Both the position numbers and the translations under genes were made by a program. The notes beneath the pieces were generated by a model. That model was not told the DNA's origin. It made no database searches and saw only the letters and a list, made by a program, of their open reading frames with translations. A stretch of DNA of 64,000 nt, taken from contig QPMI01000088.1 of NCBI GenBank assembly GCA_004431415.1, positions 149,947 to 213,946 on the forward strand. Reading direction: 5' to 3'. Shown in pieces: positions 35,269 to 48,700 of this stretch (positions are counted from its first letter, which is position 1; each line of letters opens with the position of its first letter). The DNA is from Cyanophora paradoxa CCMP329 (Eukaryota > Plantae > Glaucophyta).

Positions 35269-38186
35269 ATGACGCTTCCTGCGGATGCGGAGCGAGCGGC
35301 GGCAGCCCGCGCGGCCGTGCTGGGGGCGCTCGCCCGCTCTGTGCCCTGCGACTGCCTTCTGCTTTCCGGTGGCCTCGATACGAGCATCATTGCCGGTAAG
35401 CGATCTCCGCAGATCGCGGTCTTTCTGCTGACGCGCGCCGCAGAGGTCGATTCGAATCCCACTCGGTCCGCGCGCGCCGGCGCCGGCGCTCACATTCAAC
35501 TCGAGCGCAGGCGGGGCGAGAGGTTGGTCTCTCTTTTCGGGCAGCTATCACTGTGACGTGCGGGGACGCGGCTACGGACCTGGAGCACTCCATCCGGGTC
35601 GCCGAGCGCGCGGGTGCGACGACGGGGGCCTCCCTAGGCCTTTGCGCACGACCGGCGGTACGCGTCAACGACTCCGCGCGGCAGGGATCCCCGAGCACAT
35701 CGTCCTGCGCGTGCCGCACCCGCGCGAGCTGATCGAGGACGCCGAGCTGCTCTCCTTCACCGTCCGCGCCTGCGGCTCATTCGACCCGATGGAGTGCGCC
35801 CGCGACCCGCCCGCGACCCGGCCTCGTGCCCGAGCCCCGCGCCGCAGGATACGGAACGCGATCGTGACGGCGCACGCGATGCGGGAGGCGAAGCGGCGCG
35901 GCTTCGCGAGCGTCGCGACGGGCGACGCGGCCGACGAGCTCTTCGCCGGCTACTCGTTCCTCCACGCCATGCCCGCCCCCGACCTCCGCGCCTGGACCGC
36001 CCGCCTCGTCGGCCACATGCGCTTCTCCGCCCTCTTCTTCGGTGCGCGCCGTACCCCCCCCCCCCCCCCCCCCCGCACCGCGCCCCGACGGCGGGGGCGG
36101 GCCAGGGCGGGAGCTGGGCCTCCGCGTGTGCCAGCCGTTCCTGGACCCCGCCGTGGTCGACTTCGCCCTCACCTGCTCGAAGGCCCGTCCCGCGTGGCCC
36201 CGCGCCCCGCCCCGGCCCCGGCCCCGGCCGACGCGCCCCCGCAGGAGGAGCTCGTGGGGCCCTCGGAGGAGGAGGGGGCGCGGGGGGCGGGGGGGGGCGC
36301 GGCGCCGGCGACGCTCGGCAAGCTCCTCCTCCGGCGCGCCTTCCCGGAGGCCTCCTCCCGCTGGCGCAGGAAGGACCCCTGCGAGGGTCCGCTGTACCCC
36401 TTCCGCCCCGGGGCTGCCCGCGGCTCCCCCTTTGACGCCCTCGCCCTCGCGGCGCAGTCGGGGCGGGCACGACGGGCCTCCCGCAGTACTTCGAGGCGGC
36501 CGTCGACGCGGCTGACCTCGAGGCGGAGCGGGCGCGCATCCTCCGGGAGGACCGCGTTCGAATCCGGGACGCCGAGCACCTCGTCTACTACCGGCCCGCC
36601 CGCCGCCCCCCGCGCCGCGCCGCCTGCGCCGCCTGCGCCGCCTCCGCTGCGGGCTGACGCCGGCGCACCCGCCTTGGCGCAGGGCCTTCCGGCGGGAGTT
36701 CCGGGACCTGGCGGCGGGGCCGGTGGCGCGGTTCGGGGACGACCCGTGCCGCTCCTGCGGCTTCCAGCTCGAGCGCCCCGAGCAGGTCCCACCGCCCCGC
36801 CTCTCCGGCTCCGAGGGCCGGCCGCTCGAGCGCCTTCGCCCCCCGGCAGCGCTTCTGCGTGGTGTGCGGGGAGTGGCCGGCGCGGGAGGAGGGGCCCCCG
36901 GCGGGCCCCGCGGAGCCCGAGCCTCCGCTCTCCCACGAGGCGGCGATCTCCCTCCTGCTCCGCTGGTTCGACCTGCGCCGCCCCCAGGTGCCCCCGCGCC
37001 CGCCGGCGCCCGACCTAAGGCGGGGCGGCGCGAGCGGGGGCGGGCCGGGGCCAGGACGTGTGGCGGGAGATGGCGAGCGGGCAGATCGGGCGCCTGTGGG
37101 AGGCCCTCTGGTTCTGCAAGGGCGAGCAGCGGGCCGTGGACGCCGAGATGCGGGCCTTCGCCGAGCGCCTCGGGCTGGCGCGCGCGGCCGACTCGCCCGA
37201 AGGCATCGAGGCGGCGTGCGGGGCGGCGCTGGCGGGGCCCGACGAGCTCCTCGCCGCCTCCCTCGTCGCCTTCGACCAGGTCCGTGCCCGAGGGCGCCCC
37301 GCCGCGCCCCGCGCCGACCCGCCCTCCGCCCCAGCTGCCGCGGAACGCCTTCCGGGGCACGCCGCGCGCGTACGCCTTCGACGCGGCGGCGCGGCGGCTC
37401 GCGCGCGCCCTCGCCGAGCGGCGGCGGCCCGCGCGGATCCGGAGGGCGGGGGCGGGGCCGAGGGCGGGGCGCCGGGGCGGGGCGGGGCGGGCCTGCCGAC
37501 GCACCTCCTCGTCTTCTACATCATGGCCTTCGTGCACAGCGAGGTCGGCGCCCCTCTCTCCCTCTCTCCCTCTCTCCCTCTCCCCCCTTCCCCACCCCCC
37601 CCACCCCACCCCCCGACCCCCGACCCCCCCCCCCCCCCCCCCCCTCCTCCTCCTTCTTCTCCTCGCGCCCCACTCCCTCTAACCGCCGGCGCGGGGCGCA
37701 GGAGGCGGGGGACCAGCGGCACGCGGAGGAGGTCATCCACGCGGAGCTCTCCCGCAGGCAAGCCTCGGCGCCCTCCGCAGCGCACCGTGCAGCGGCTCGC
37801 AATCGCCGAGGCCGTTCGAATCGAACTTGAACCGCACCCGCGCAGGAGGAACGTCGACGAGAACATTCGGAAGACGGTCGCGCAGGTGCCCGCCCCGTCC
37901 CGCGGCCCCGGCCCCCGATCGGGCTTCGAAATTCGCGCGTCTGACGCGTCTGCGCTGCGCTGGGGCGCCGCGTGCGGGGGAGTCAGATCGCGCGGAACCA
38001 CCGGGAGCGGGTGGAGGCCTTCGGCGCGCGCCCTCCTCCGGCCCCGACGCGCCCCGCCGGCAGCTGACGCTCGAGGGGGGCCGGGCAGCAGGCTGCATCC
38101 CCGAGCGGGACGTGTTTCTGGGGCGCCCGACCTCCGACGCCGCCCGCGCCTTCCTCGCCGCCGTCCGCCAGATCGCCCTCCCCTGA
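35269..38186 (+). CDS. Multi-exon asparagine-synthase C-terminal (PP-loop) domain + Zn ribbon fused to DUF924
   Basis: LLLSGGLDTSII, TGDAADELFAGY, PFLDPAVVDFA, GKLLLRRAF, CRSCG..FCVVCG. Then DUF924-like LVAFDQLPRNAFRGTPRAYAFD, FYIMAFVHSE, HRERVEAFG..PERDVFLGRPT, with the stop at 38186. No glutaminase domain seen. Confidence 0.78.
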
Positions 38187-38887
38187 GCTGCCCGGAGTGA
38201 CTGCTCCCTCGATCGTGATCACGGGGGTCAATTTTGCGACGCTAGTCTTCACGATTGCATGCTGCATACGCAGGCCTAGTCCCTTTGTAAAATTCGGTCT
38301 TGGTGAATTGCCGGCCCCACTCTTTTAGACACAAGCACTACGGGGGCCGCCCGGCGCCCAAGCGACGCAGAATTCGATCTCGAAAGCGAAGACAAGCAAT
38401 GGCAAAGGATGCAGAAGCGGCCGCGGGCATAAACAGAAAGCGGAAAGAGAGACTCTAGAAGAAATATATTCGAATCAGGAAAGTGATCTCGGCGTCAAAA
38501 GAGGAAGCCAGAGATAGATCTAGAGCCAGAGATGCTGTATATCGTAGTACGCGAACGAAAAGGAGATCTAGAACCACGCGGGCGAGCTCTAGAGCAGAAG
38601 TGAGAGATCGAGAAGTGACAGATCTGGTAGGATCCGGAGCCTCGTATAACCACCAACCAGGCCGGCGCCCGGGGAGAAACGAGGAGAAGGCCGGGAAGGA
38701 GGGGACGCTGGAGAAAGGCAGAGGAAACGCGATCTCGATATCGACAGCAGCTGCAGGCAGGAGGGCCGCGGCCGCCCCGGGAATCAAATGACGTCGGCAG
38801 GCGGGCATGCGCACTCTAATTCATATTGCACTTGACTGGGCAGCTGCAGGTAGGCGACCGTCGGTCGCCCGCGACAGTTCTAATTAT

Positions 38888-38982
38888 TAAAAAAAAAATT
38901 TGCTCGGATAGGTCCGGCCAGGCAGGGAGGGGGTTGCCCCCCTCCCCACGCGCCGCGGTTTCCAGCGGCTCGGCCGGACCCT
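38888..38982 (-). mobile_element. ~95-bp SINE-like structured element, copy 2
   Basis: Flanked by the 15-bp direct repeat GACAGTTCTAATTAT (38873-38887, 38983-38997), with an A10 run at the left (+ strand) end. Confidence 0.82.
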
Positions 38983-39778
38983 GACAGTTCTAATTATAAT
39001 CAGGATCATGAGCGACGCTGCGAATTGCTGGCCTTCGAATTCAGCTTTCATTAAATTAATGAGAAACCAATTCTCACACTGCAGCTGAAGCACATAATGG
39101 AATGCAAAAGACATGCACTGACAGCACTGCACATGCATCTCTCAGAGTCTAGATTGAGCTACGTATGTTTACGTTACCTAGGCCTAGGCCTACTATCTGT
39201 GCGACACGTTCAAAGACAATGCGCGATATACTGCACGGGGACTAGTACTGCGGCAGTCACGACTTGGAACGATCTATTCGAATGCGCAATCGAATCAGTA
39301 AGCATGAAACTAAATGCGAAAAAGAAAAAATCAAGCAAATGCAGAGGTTGAATCATTATTAAGGAATACATATCGATCACAAAATGGATGCATATGGAAT
39401 GACGCAAACCGCGGTCGTGATCGGACATGAGTTAATGCGTATGTACTACGGTATACGTGAAAATTAACTATATATATTGTGTATATATACGCGTACATGA
39501 GAGAGGAGGAAGGAGAGAGAGGATCCCCGGACTGAGAGGACCCGGGAAACTCGAAGGGGGCGGAAGGCTTGCATGATTACGTGAAAGATCCAATGCGAAG
39601 GTTCATACGATTGCTTTGCATTAGAAGTAAATGCGGAGGTTAATACATATGAGAAAAAAACTGGAGGCCGAGGATCTGGCGGGCGACTGCGATATTGAAA
39701 GATGATGTGCCCACGCAGTTTGCGATACATATCTACGTATATACGGCCTTGCAGCGAGGATTGTGCGCGTGGAAAGGG

Positions 39779-42700
39779 CTAGGAGCCGGCGACGGCCGCG
39801 AAGGGGGCGGGGAGCTCGAACGGCTGCATGCGGGCACGGACGGCGGCGAGGCGGGCGGCGGCGTCGGCGCGCTCGCGGGGGTCGGCGGAGAGGACGGAGA
39901 GCTCGTGCCAGATGAGGGCCTCGTACGTCGTGAGCCCGAGCGCCGCTGCCGCCGCCACCGCCTCGCGCAGCCGCCGCGCCGCCCGCGCCAGGCGGAAGCG
40001 GCGGACGAGGCGCAGCGAGGCCGAGGCGGCCCGCGCGGCGCCGGCGACGGCCCTGGCCCAGGCGAGCAGCGGCCGCACGACGGGGAAGCCGCCCGAGCTC
40101 GTCTCCAGCACCCGCACGCACCTGAGCGGGCGCCCACGGCGTTAGCGTCGCAGGTTTTGCCGCTAAGCGTTCTAGATCTAGATGTCGGGATCGAATTGAA
40201 GGGCCTCGCGATCGAATTTTGGGGTCTATGTGTATGGAGCCGGGGGGCTCGGAATTCGAAGGGGCGACGCGCGCGCACTTTTCCAGGGCCTCAAGGGGGG
40301 CCTGCCTCTGGGTCGCCCTCGGGCAGCGCCCCGAGGCCGGCGGCGACGCCTCCGCGGGGCGCGCTTCGGCGTCGACGCCGCGCGCCGTCGGCTGCGGCTT
40401 CGACGGCCCGGCGGAGGCGGCGATGTCCGCCGGCGCTGGGTGAATCGCGCAAGCGGCAGGAGGCCGATCGACCTCGCGATTGCCGGCGCCGGCGGTTGCA
40501 GTCGGCGGGGGCGCCGGCGTCGCGAACTGGTGGGAGTGGAGAGAGGAGGATCCGGAGGCCGGCGACGCGAGAGCGAGCAAGTCGAAGTGGGATCCCACCG
40601 AGTGCTGCCCGACCTCGCTCCCGGGATCGGCGATGTCGACCAGCAGCGCGTCCCACGGCCACCCCGCCCTGACGGACCACCCCAGGTCCGCGATACCACC
40701 GCCGCCCACCGACTTGCCCGAATTCGAGAGGGGCGCCGGCTGCTGGGAGGCCGGCGCCCGCCGCGCCGCACGCGCCTCCGCCGGCGGCGCCGCGGCCTGC
40801 ACGCCGTACCCCGCGCGCCTCGCGTAGTACCGGACGAGCTGCCCCGAACGAAAGGAGTGAGCGCCGAACAAACGATCGACAGCCTGGCTAGTGATGTTCG
40901 CATGCGCACCAGAATGATGCAGTGATTCGTAAGCCCGTCGGGCGGCACAGCCTGCACGGGAAAGGAAGATGAATATTTAATTTCATGTCGTTAAGAATCG
41001 TGAACTGGTAGCAGAAAAACTTTCAAGCAGAGGCGGGCGCGCACCCGCCCGATGCCGCGAACGCGCCGGTGCTCGCGAATTGCATCCAAAGCATTCTCCG
41101 CCTCCTGCTCTGCTTCCTGCGCTGCGGCGTCAGCCGGACGCGGCCGAAGGAAGGCGCCCAGCGCGCGGGGGCCCCGGGCCCCGGGCCCCGGGCCCGCCCC
41201 CCGCACCGCGACTTGGCCCTGGCGGTCGTGAATCGTCGCGAGGAGCGCGTGATACTGGAGACGGATGCCCTGCGGCGCGGCGGGCGTCGACGTCGGCGGC
41301 GCCGATGCGCGGGATCACAGGGCGGACCTTGCGGCTGCGGAAGCCGGCCTCGTCCTTGAACTGCGCCCGGGCGTGCCGCAGCATCTCGCGCGCCTGCTCG
41401 GGCGGCCCGCCGAACTCCAGCACGGACCCCGCCAGCGACATGTATCTGAGTGCTCGAAGCTCGAACTATGCGGAAGCGGGGCGGCAGGAGGCGGCTGCAC
41501 GGCGAGGACGCACGCCATGGCGGCGAACTGGGACTCCCCGAACTCGAGCGCCTTGGAGAGGTCGACGACGGAGGCGTAGGAGCGCGCCGCGTCCGCCGCC
41601 CGCCCCTGCATGGCGAAGATGTGGCCCCCGACGAGCTGCGCGCGCCGCGCCAGCAGCCAGAGCGTCAGGTCGCGTTTATGGGCTTCCACGGCCTTCAATA
41701 CTCGAGAAGAGTTCCGACGTTCGCGAAAAATGAAAGCACCGTTGTGAAGATCTGGCCACCGGCGTTGCCGACGAGGCGGAACTGAGGGGACGGGCGCGCA
41801 GGCTTGGTGGCGCGCGCCGCGGCCGCGAGGGATTGGGCGGGCGGGGGAGCGCGGGCACCTTGGCGATCGCCTCGTCGGCGAGGCGCTCGGCCTCCGCAAA
41901 GTCGCCGGCGAGGATGGAGGCCATCATCCGGTCGATCGTGAAGACCTCGTCCGCCCGGAGCGAGACGCCCCCACCCGCCAGCGCCGCCTCCGCCGCCCCC
42001 AGCCAGCGCCTCGTCTGCTTGCGCAGCCCGACGGCGGAGGCCGCGGCGGCCCTGCGCACGTGCGCCCGACGTCGGTGCGACGCCGACGAGACTACGGGGA
42101 GGAGCGGTGCTGGCGCGGCGGGCGCCGCGCACATGAGCGTGCAGCCTTCAACGTAGTGCGAGAGGTTCGGGCTCTCCACCGCCAGCTGGGCGCCCGGCCG
42201 TCGGCTGCAGGCGGGCAGCCGGGGCCGCGCGCGCGACCTCGACGCACCTCGGCGTGCATCGCGGAGTAGTACAGCGCCCCGAGCGGGTCGCTGTCGTTTT
42301 GCTGACGGGAGGGGCCCCGAGGTCATCGGCAGCGCGGCCCGGCGGGCGCCCGTGTCCGAAGCGCACCAGCACGTAGAACAAGACGGGCAGGAACTCGAGA
42401 AGGACCGAGCGCCGCGTCGACGCGTTCAGCACCCCGGCGCCGGCGTCCTTGAATTTCGTCCGAGAAACCGCCCGCTTCGGCCCGCGGCGGAGGACCCGGG
42501 CGATGGCCGACGCCGTGCCCCACAGGATGGGCGCCTGGTCAGCCGTCGGGAGTCCGAGCAGGACGAGGAGGCGATTCCCGATCTGGAGAGGCGTGGCGTT
42601 GAGCGCGGCAGACATGTACGAGAGAGCGCGCGTGGTGGCGGGTGAGGCGAGCGGCACCTCCAGCGCGGACGCGACGCGGCCCATCCGCAAATCGCACTCG

Positions 42701-45700
42701 GAGAGGAGCACCATGCGCCGAGCAGCGGCCATGTCCTGCCCCGCTCGCAGCGCGCCCGGCATCGAGGGCCGCTCGGCGTCGTAGACCGACATGGCGCGGC
42801 GGCAGAGGCTCGCCGCCTGCGGCGCGCCTCAGCTCCCACATCGAAATCGATGGTCCAGCTGCAGGAGCGCCGAGGGGTCTACGTGTACCTCGATGTACGC
42901 CCCCGCGCGGAACGCGCTCTCCGCAGCCATGTCGACGTGCGGCAAGCCCGACAGCTTCCTGCCGCTTCGCAACCAGTGATCTGCAGCAAATTATCAAAAA
43001 AACCGAAAACCTGCGCTGCAGCTGGGCGTTGACGCTGAAAACCACGGACGCACGGGCAAAAATTGCTGCGCGGCCGGAGAGAGCTCCGCCGCCGATGGTT
43101 TGCGCGAGCCAGTCGAAGGCGCGCCCGTGCAGCCGCTGGCGGTCGTGCTCGGCAATGATCTGACGGGGCGCCGTTGCTTCAGACAATACATGGAATTAAT
43201 TCGAAGACCTCGCGAGGCGGCGCACTCGATAGCAAACTTCCGAGACGATCGACTGCGCTCGGGGCGAAACAGGCCCTTTTTAGACGAGCGAACGCGCAGG
43301 CTTGCGAAATCTTCGACTTCTGTTTAGCGTCACCTGGGCGAAACCGTACGCTCCGGATCCGGCGCTCGTGCTCGTCGAATCCAGCCGGTGAAGGATGCCC
43401 GCACCCTCGAGCTGCGCCGCGCCGACCGTGATCGTGAGAGACGAGGCGGAAGAGCGCGGGGCATCGAGGCGGCGCCGCGGCGCGCCTGGGCCAAAGCGCC
43501 GACCACGGCCGCCTCATTCGCGTCGTCCGCGAGCACGTAGACCGCCAGCGGCACCGGAAAGCGAGCGCCCTGCGCGAGATCGCGCGATCGATCGTGACCA
43601 GGCGGCCGGCCATCGCGCGCCGCCGAAGCGTGGGCGCACGAGGACGCTGCAGCGCTTGGCGACGTTGGCCACGGAGGCGGGGAGGCCGTCGAGGCGGGAG
43701 ACGATGAGGCGCTCGAGCGTGTCCGGCACGACACCGAGCCTGCGCACGCACCCCGTGCACCGTTGATACCAGTATTCGTCGCGCGGGTCCGGGCGCACGC
43801 TCAAGCTCGCAGTCAGCGCGAAAAGAAGGAAGAGACGGCGCACCTGCCCTTCTCGGCCTCGGAGCGGATGGAAGGATCGACATCGACGGCGGACCCCTAC
43901 GCGAGAAGCAATAGAGTCAAAACGCGACGCGTGTGCGCATGCGAAAATTGAGCTCGGCCCTTGGCACCTCGCCAGTCCAACCATTGCTGCTCCGGACTTT
44001 CAGCAATTGATGGCGCAACATGTATTGAACAATCTGCGAGAAGATGCACGTCATGTTATTGGATCGCTTCAACCCCACACGCTCTAACTGCAAGGAGAGG
44101 GGACGGGAAATCCCACACGCCTCACAAATCGCGAATGCGTTCCCGTGTGCGGCGTCGCAGAGACACCGAGCGAGCCAGGATGGAATCTGCATGAGATCAA
44201 GTCAAACGAGTGCACGTGGCTGCTGCAAGTGGGCCGCGTTTGAAATGGCCTTGAAAGTCGACAGAGCCCAATTGATTGCAATGCAATTGCAACTCACGAG
44301 CTGCGGGTCGTCTACTTTCAGCTGATGCGCGAGGACTTCCCGAGCATCTGTACATGTTCGGGAGCGCAAATCAGGATCAGACGTTGACGTCACTGCGGAC
44401 CACGCAGTGTTACTGGCTACTGAGAAAACTGAACTGACCTTCAGGAGAGAGCGCGGACAGCGTCAACGAGCGGGTCCGAGGGCTGGTCGCAATCGGTCGG
44501 TGTTAGTGATGCGACTGTACTAAGGGCTTCGATCCCGATCGCGATGCAAGCACCTGTGCTGCAAGGCGGAGAGCTGATCCGGCGTCGACTCCAAGCTTCG
44601 GCTCGTCGCGAGGATCGAGGTCCCGCTGCGCACGCGGAATCAAAGGCGTCGACAGAGGAAAACGAAGCGCGAGAGGAAAGGCGACATCGCTCACGACAGC
44701 GCGGAGAGATTTCGAATCAATCTGAGTGCGAACAATTCGCATCACGGCAAGCGATCAGCACATGTACAGGCCTAGGCAACCGCGTGGGGGAGCTCCCGCA
44801 GCCCGACGGATACCTCAAAGACAAGCTGTCCATGCAGTGCAGGTCTTCTGCGATGAGGACAGCCTGATGGCACGCTCAATTTCACGGCGCCGGCCCGTCG
44901 AGGTGGCGGGTGCACAACGTACTTTGAGGCTTTTGAGGATGGCAGCGACGAGATCTCCTAAGAAAACGAGCGCCGCCTCTCCAGTGGCAACCGAATCCTG
45001 CGACACGCATTTATATTTTCCGGCCAGCCAAGCACGAAGCCATTGTTTTGATTTCGCACCTCCTGTCGCCAATCTCTGGGGGTCCCTTCTGGTGAGCTGA
45101 GCATAAGGGTCTCCTGCAGAATCTGCCCCAACCGAAAAACATGAGCACAAGGGTCTTCGACAAACAAGCGATAAAAAGAGCGAGGGCGGCGGGTCGCACG
45201 GCGCAGTTGCGGCTCGTGGCCAACGCGGGATCGACGGAGGCGATGAGGCGCGCCGCGCTGGCCCGGAGGCCGGCGTCCCGTGTGGCGCTGGTGGGGACGA
45301 GGGCGCGCGGGAGGGATGCCCGCCTGTACGAGGCGAGGGACGATTTCCGGAGCGCGGAGGCCGTCGTCCTGTCGCTACCCCGACGAGATGCGCCGCGAGA
45401 AGTGAAAGCTGTCGACGCCCCAAAGGCTGCTGGTGCTGGCATGCCCGTCGGGAGCAACGAGACGCTGACCGCTGCGTCCCTGCTTGAGGAGGAGGCTTCG
45501 GCTGCATTGGAGAGCCGTCGCTGCGGGCTGGGCGCTGTCGAAAGCGCCTCTTGCACCTCGCCACCGCCGTAGCTGGTGAGCAGGCTGCTGAGAGGCTTGA
45601 CAACTGTGCGCGACACTGACGCCCCGAGTGCGTCGCCTGCAGCGAACTTGCGAGCGCCGGGCTCCGCCTCATGCTCAGAATGGGTTTCAGGTTCCGTGTT

Positions 45701-48700
45701 AGGTACGATATTGATCTGAAAAATGTCTTGAGTTGCACGCGATTGCGATTGCCGCGTTAAGGGCACGCGTGGAGGCTCACTTCGTTGGCCGGCCGCGGTG
45801 TCCCCTCCTTGTCCACCAGACTCACTAGGTGCCACAAGAGGTCTCCAAAGGCTTGGAACGGCCTGTTCGACGCGCGCACGTACGTCACACATGCTGCTTG
45901 CGCGGCGGGCTTTGGCCAGAGCCGAGCACCTGGACGTCTCCAACGAGTCGCCGGATGCAACGAGGTACGGAATCTCCACGAAATCCGCCAGCCGCCGGCA
46001 CTCTCTGGCGATCTCGGACTTCCCTGTTCATGCGGCAGTGCAATCGCGTCGAACTTCTCGACTCGACACTCAAACGCAGCAAGCGCGCACCTGAGCCGGC
46101 CTCGCCGAGGACGAGCAGCAAGCCGGCGCCCGACGGCTTCCACGCCGCTGCGCGTCACACACTGGCGTCAGAAGAGGCGCGAGGCGCGCCGACTCCGAGG
46201 GGGAGGATGCGGCACCGCCGGCGAGGAACTCGGAGAGCGCGTCGAGGGCGGCGGGCCGGCCTTGCACGCTGGACTCCGGGCCGCCGGCCGCGGCGCGGAT
46301 GCGGGCGACGAGCTGCGCGCCCATGCTGTTGGAGCTCACGCTGCCGCGCCTCTGTCCGGACCCGGAATCGGAAGGGCCCGAGCGGCTTTGCGAGTCCGCC
46401 TGGTCGATGAACAGAGACCGGCGTCGCCTCATCGAGAATGATTTGCTGCGCGATCCCGATGCCCCGCTCTCGCGATCGGTTCCGCCCTCGCGATCGGCTT
46501 CCTGCAAGGGCCCCATGATCAGCGGGGAGAATCGGTGTCTCGGCGCCTTCGAATTCAGGCGCACCGGAGTGGGCTCGTACTCGACGTCGCCCCAGTCTGA
46601 CGGGTCGTCGCCCCACTCCGGCGGCTCCAGCGCCTCGAGCTCGCCATCGCGGAAGCTGCCGACGACGGCTTGCGCCAGCGCGATCACGCTCGCGTTCGGT
46701 CGCGTCCCTCGGACGCTGTGCCTCGCGAGGCCGGCGCTGCGCTGCCGCCTGGCCGTCACTCGGAACGCCTGCACGGTGCCGCGCTTCCCCTGCCGCGATC
46801 GCGATTGCGAGGCCTCAGCCACGGGTGGAACATGCGCGTGCGCGTTCGCCGCGCGTCCGACGAGGCTGTCAATCCAGGATCACCTTCAGGTCTAGGGGGG
46901 CGAGCGCCTCCGCCTCGAACATCCGGCTCTTGTCCGCGGCCGCCCCCTCCCGCGTGGGGCCGTCCACGATGATCGCCCCTCTTTGCGTCGTCATCAACCT
47001 GCGATCGCGATTTCGAATCAGTAATCCGGGCCGCGCTCGCGACCGTTCTTAGAGCTTCAGCTGAGAAGGTCACTTGCCTCGCCGCCGTGTTGACCGCGTC
47101 GCCAAGAACTGGCGCGAAGCAGCCGTGAGGGAGTGCACAGGCAGCGGGTGCCGATCGCATCGGCCATGAGTCGGGGCGGATCGGGAGGACGAACCGTTGT
47201 ACTCGCAGCGCAGCGTGTCCCCAACGAGCCCTGCGGCGGGAACAAGTCTAGATCTAGCTCCCAAGGAGGCTTGGCGGATGTATATGACGACGCTGGAGTT
47301 AGATCTAGAGCCGCACGCCGGCCACATGGGGTCCGCCCTCAATACCCAGGAGATTTAGGCTAGATCTAGAGCCAATGTAAAAAATCCCTCGAGCTCGAGC
47401 TCGTATTTGTCGCGTGGATTCCAGCCTTCGCACCTGCGAAGACGCGGCCCGTGGCGATGCCGATCGAGACCGTCCCGAGCTTCTGCGGCCCGCTCGAGCT
47501 TAGCGAAGAACGGGCGAGCTGGGGGGCAGTCGGTAGCAGACACCCCTCGTCCGCACCTCCTCTTCGAACGCGTTGCGGATGCGGACGGCCGCCTTTATGG
47601 CGCGGAGCGGGTCGTCCGCGTGGGCCGACCCGAAGAGGCCGAACGTCATCAACCCGACGAACCCCTTGTCGTCTGCAGCCGGGATCATGATCGGGGCCTT
47701 GAGGCGCGGGCCCCAACGGCGCCGGTACACGGGCGCGGGGCAATCGCGAGTGGCGAGCGCCGGGCCTCACCCCTGAAGAAGGAGCGGATGACTCCGCCGC
47801 ACCGGGCCGCCGACGCCTGCGCGATGCTGACGCGGCGGCTGAGGTCCTCGAGCGTCTCCTGCTCGCCGCCGAGAGTCAAATTTTGCGGGCACGAGGCCGC
47901 GCTCGGGCGGGCTCTGCGCGCCGGGTCGAAGGTGCCGACGAGGGGGCACGCGAACGAGTCGAAGCGGAGGAAGAGCGAGGTGATGATCCGCAGCTCCTTG
48001 ATGAACCTGCGCGCCCGCGGCCCCGTCTGTGAGCGGCCGCCCCGCCCCCGGGAGGCCCCCAAGCCGCGCGCGCGCGCGCTCACTCCGCGCTGGAGCGGAC
48101 GACGGCCTCCACGTCGGGTGGGATGTAGGCGGTGAAGTCCGGTCCAGCGCAGCAGCCGGCCTCCAGCTCCAGCTCGCGCTGCACGCGCACGTGGGCGTGA
48201 GGCCGCGGCTCGAGCGGGGCGTTCGCTCGGGGCCTAGCTCCTCCATCTCGACCGGAGTTTAAGCGGACCTCGCGATCGGCCCTGGATCTCGATGCCGGCG
48301 GGACCGTCGCCGGCGAGCGCCGGTCCGCAGCTGCGGCCGCCTGCAGCTGCCCGGCGCGCGGTGTTCCGGACACGGGCACGAGAACCCGCACCAGGTCCGC
48401 GCGCGCGCCGGTCCAGAAGCCGTCCGCTGGGATCTCTTTGGAGGCTGAGCTGCCCGCCGGTCGCGCGGAAATCCCCAGCAGCGAAAGGACCTGCACACGG
48501 AACTTGGTAATCAGGCACGCGAAGCTTCAAGGCTTATAAAATTAAGCTCTCGATACAACAAGCGCGCGTATTCGCGCACCGCGCCGCTGACGGAGACTTG
48601 GCCGGCCTTCGCCCGAGAGAGGCCTGCGCATGCGCGCGCGCGCGGGAGGCAGGCGTCGACGGCGTGGTCGGCCGAGGCGGCGCCGCTTCGCGGTCGCGAC

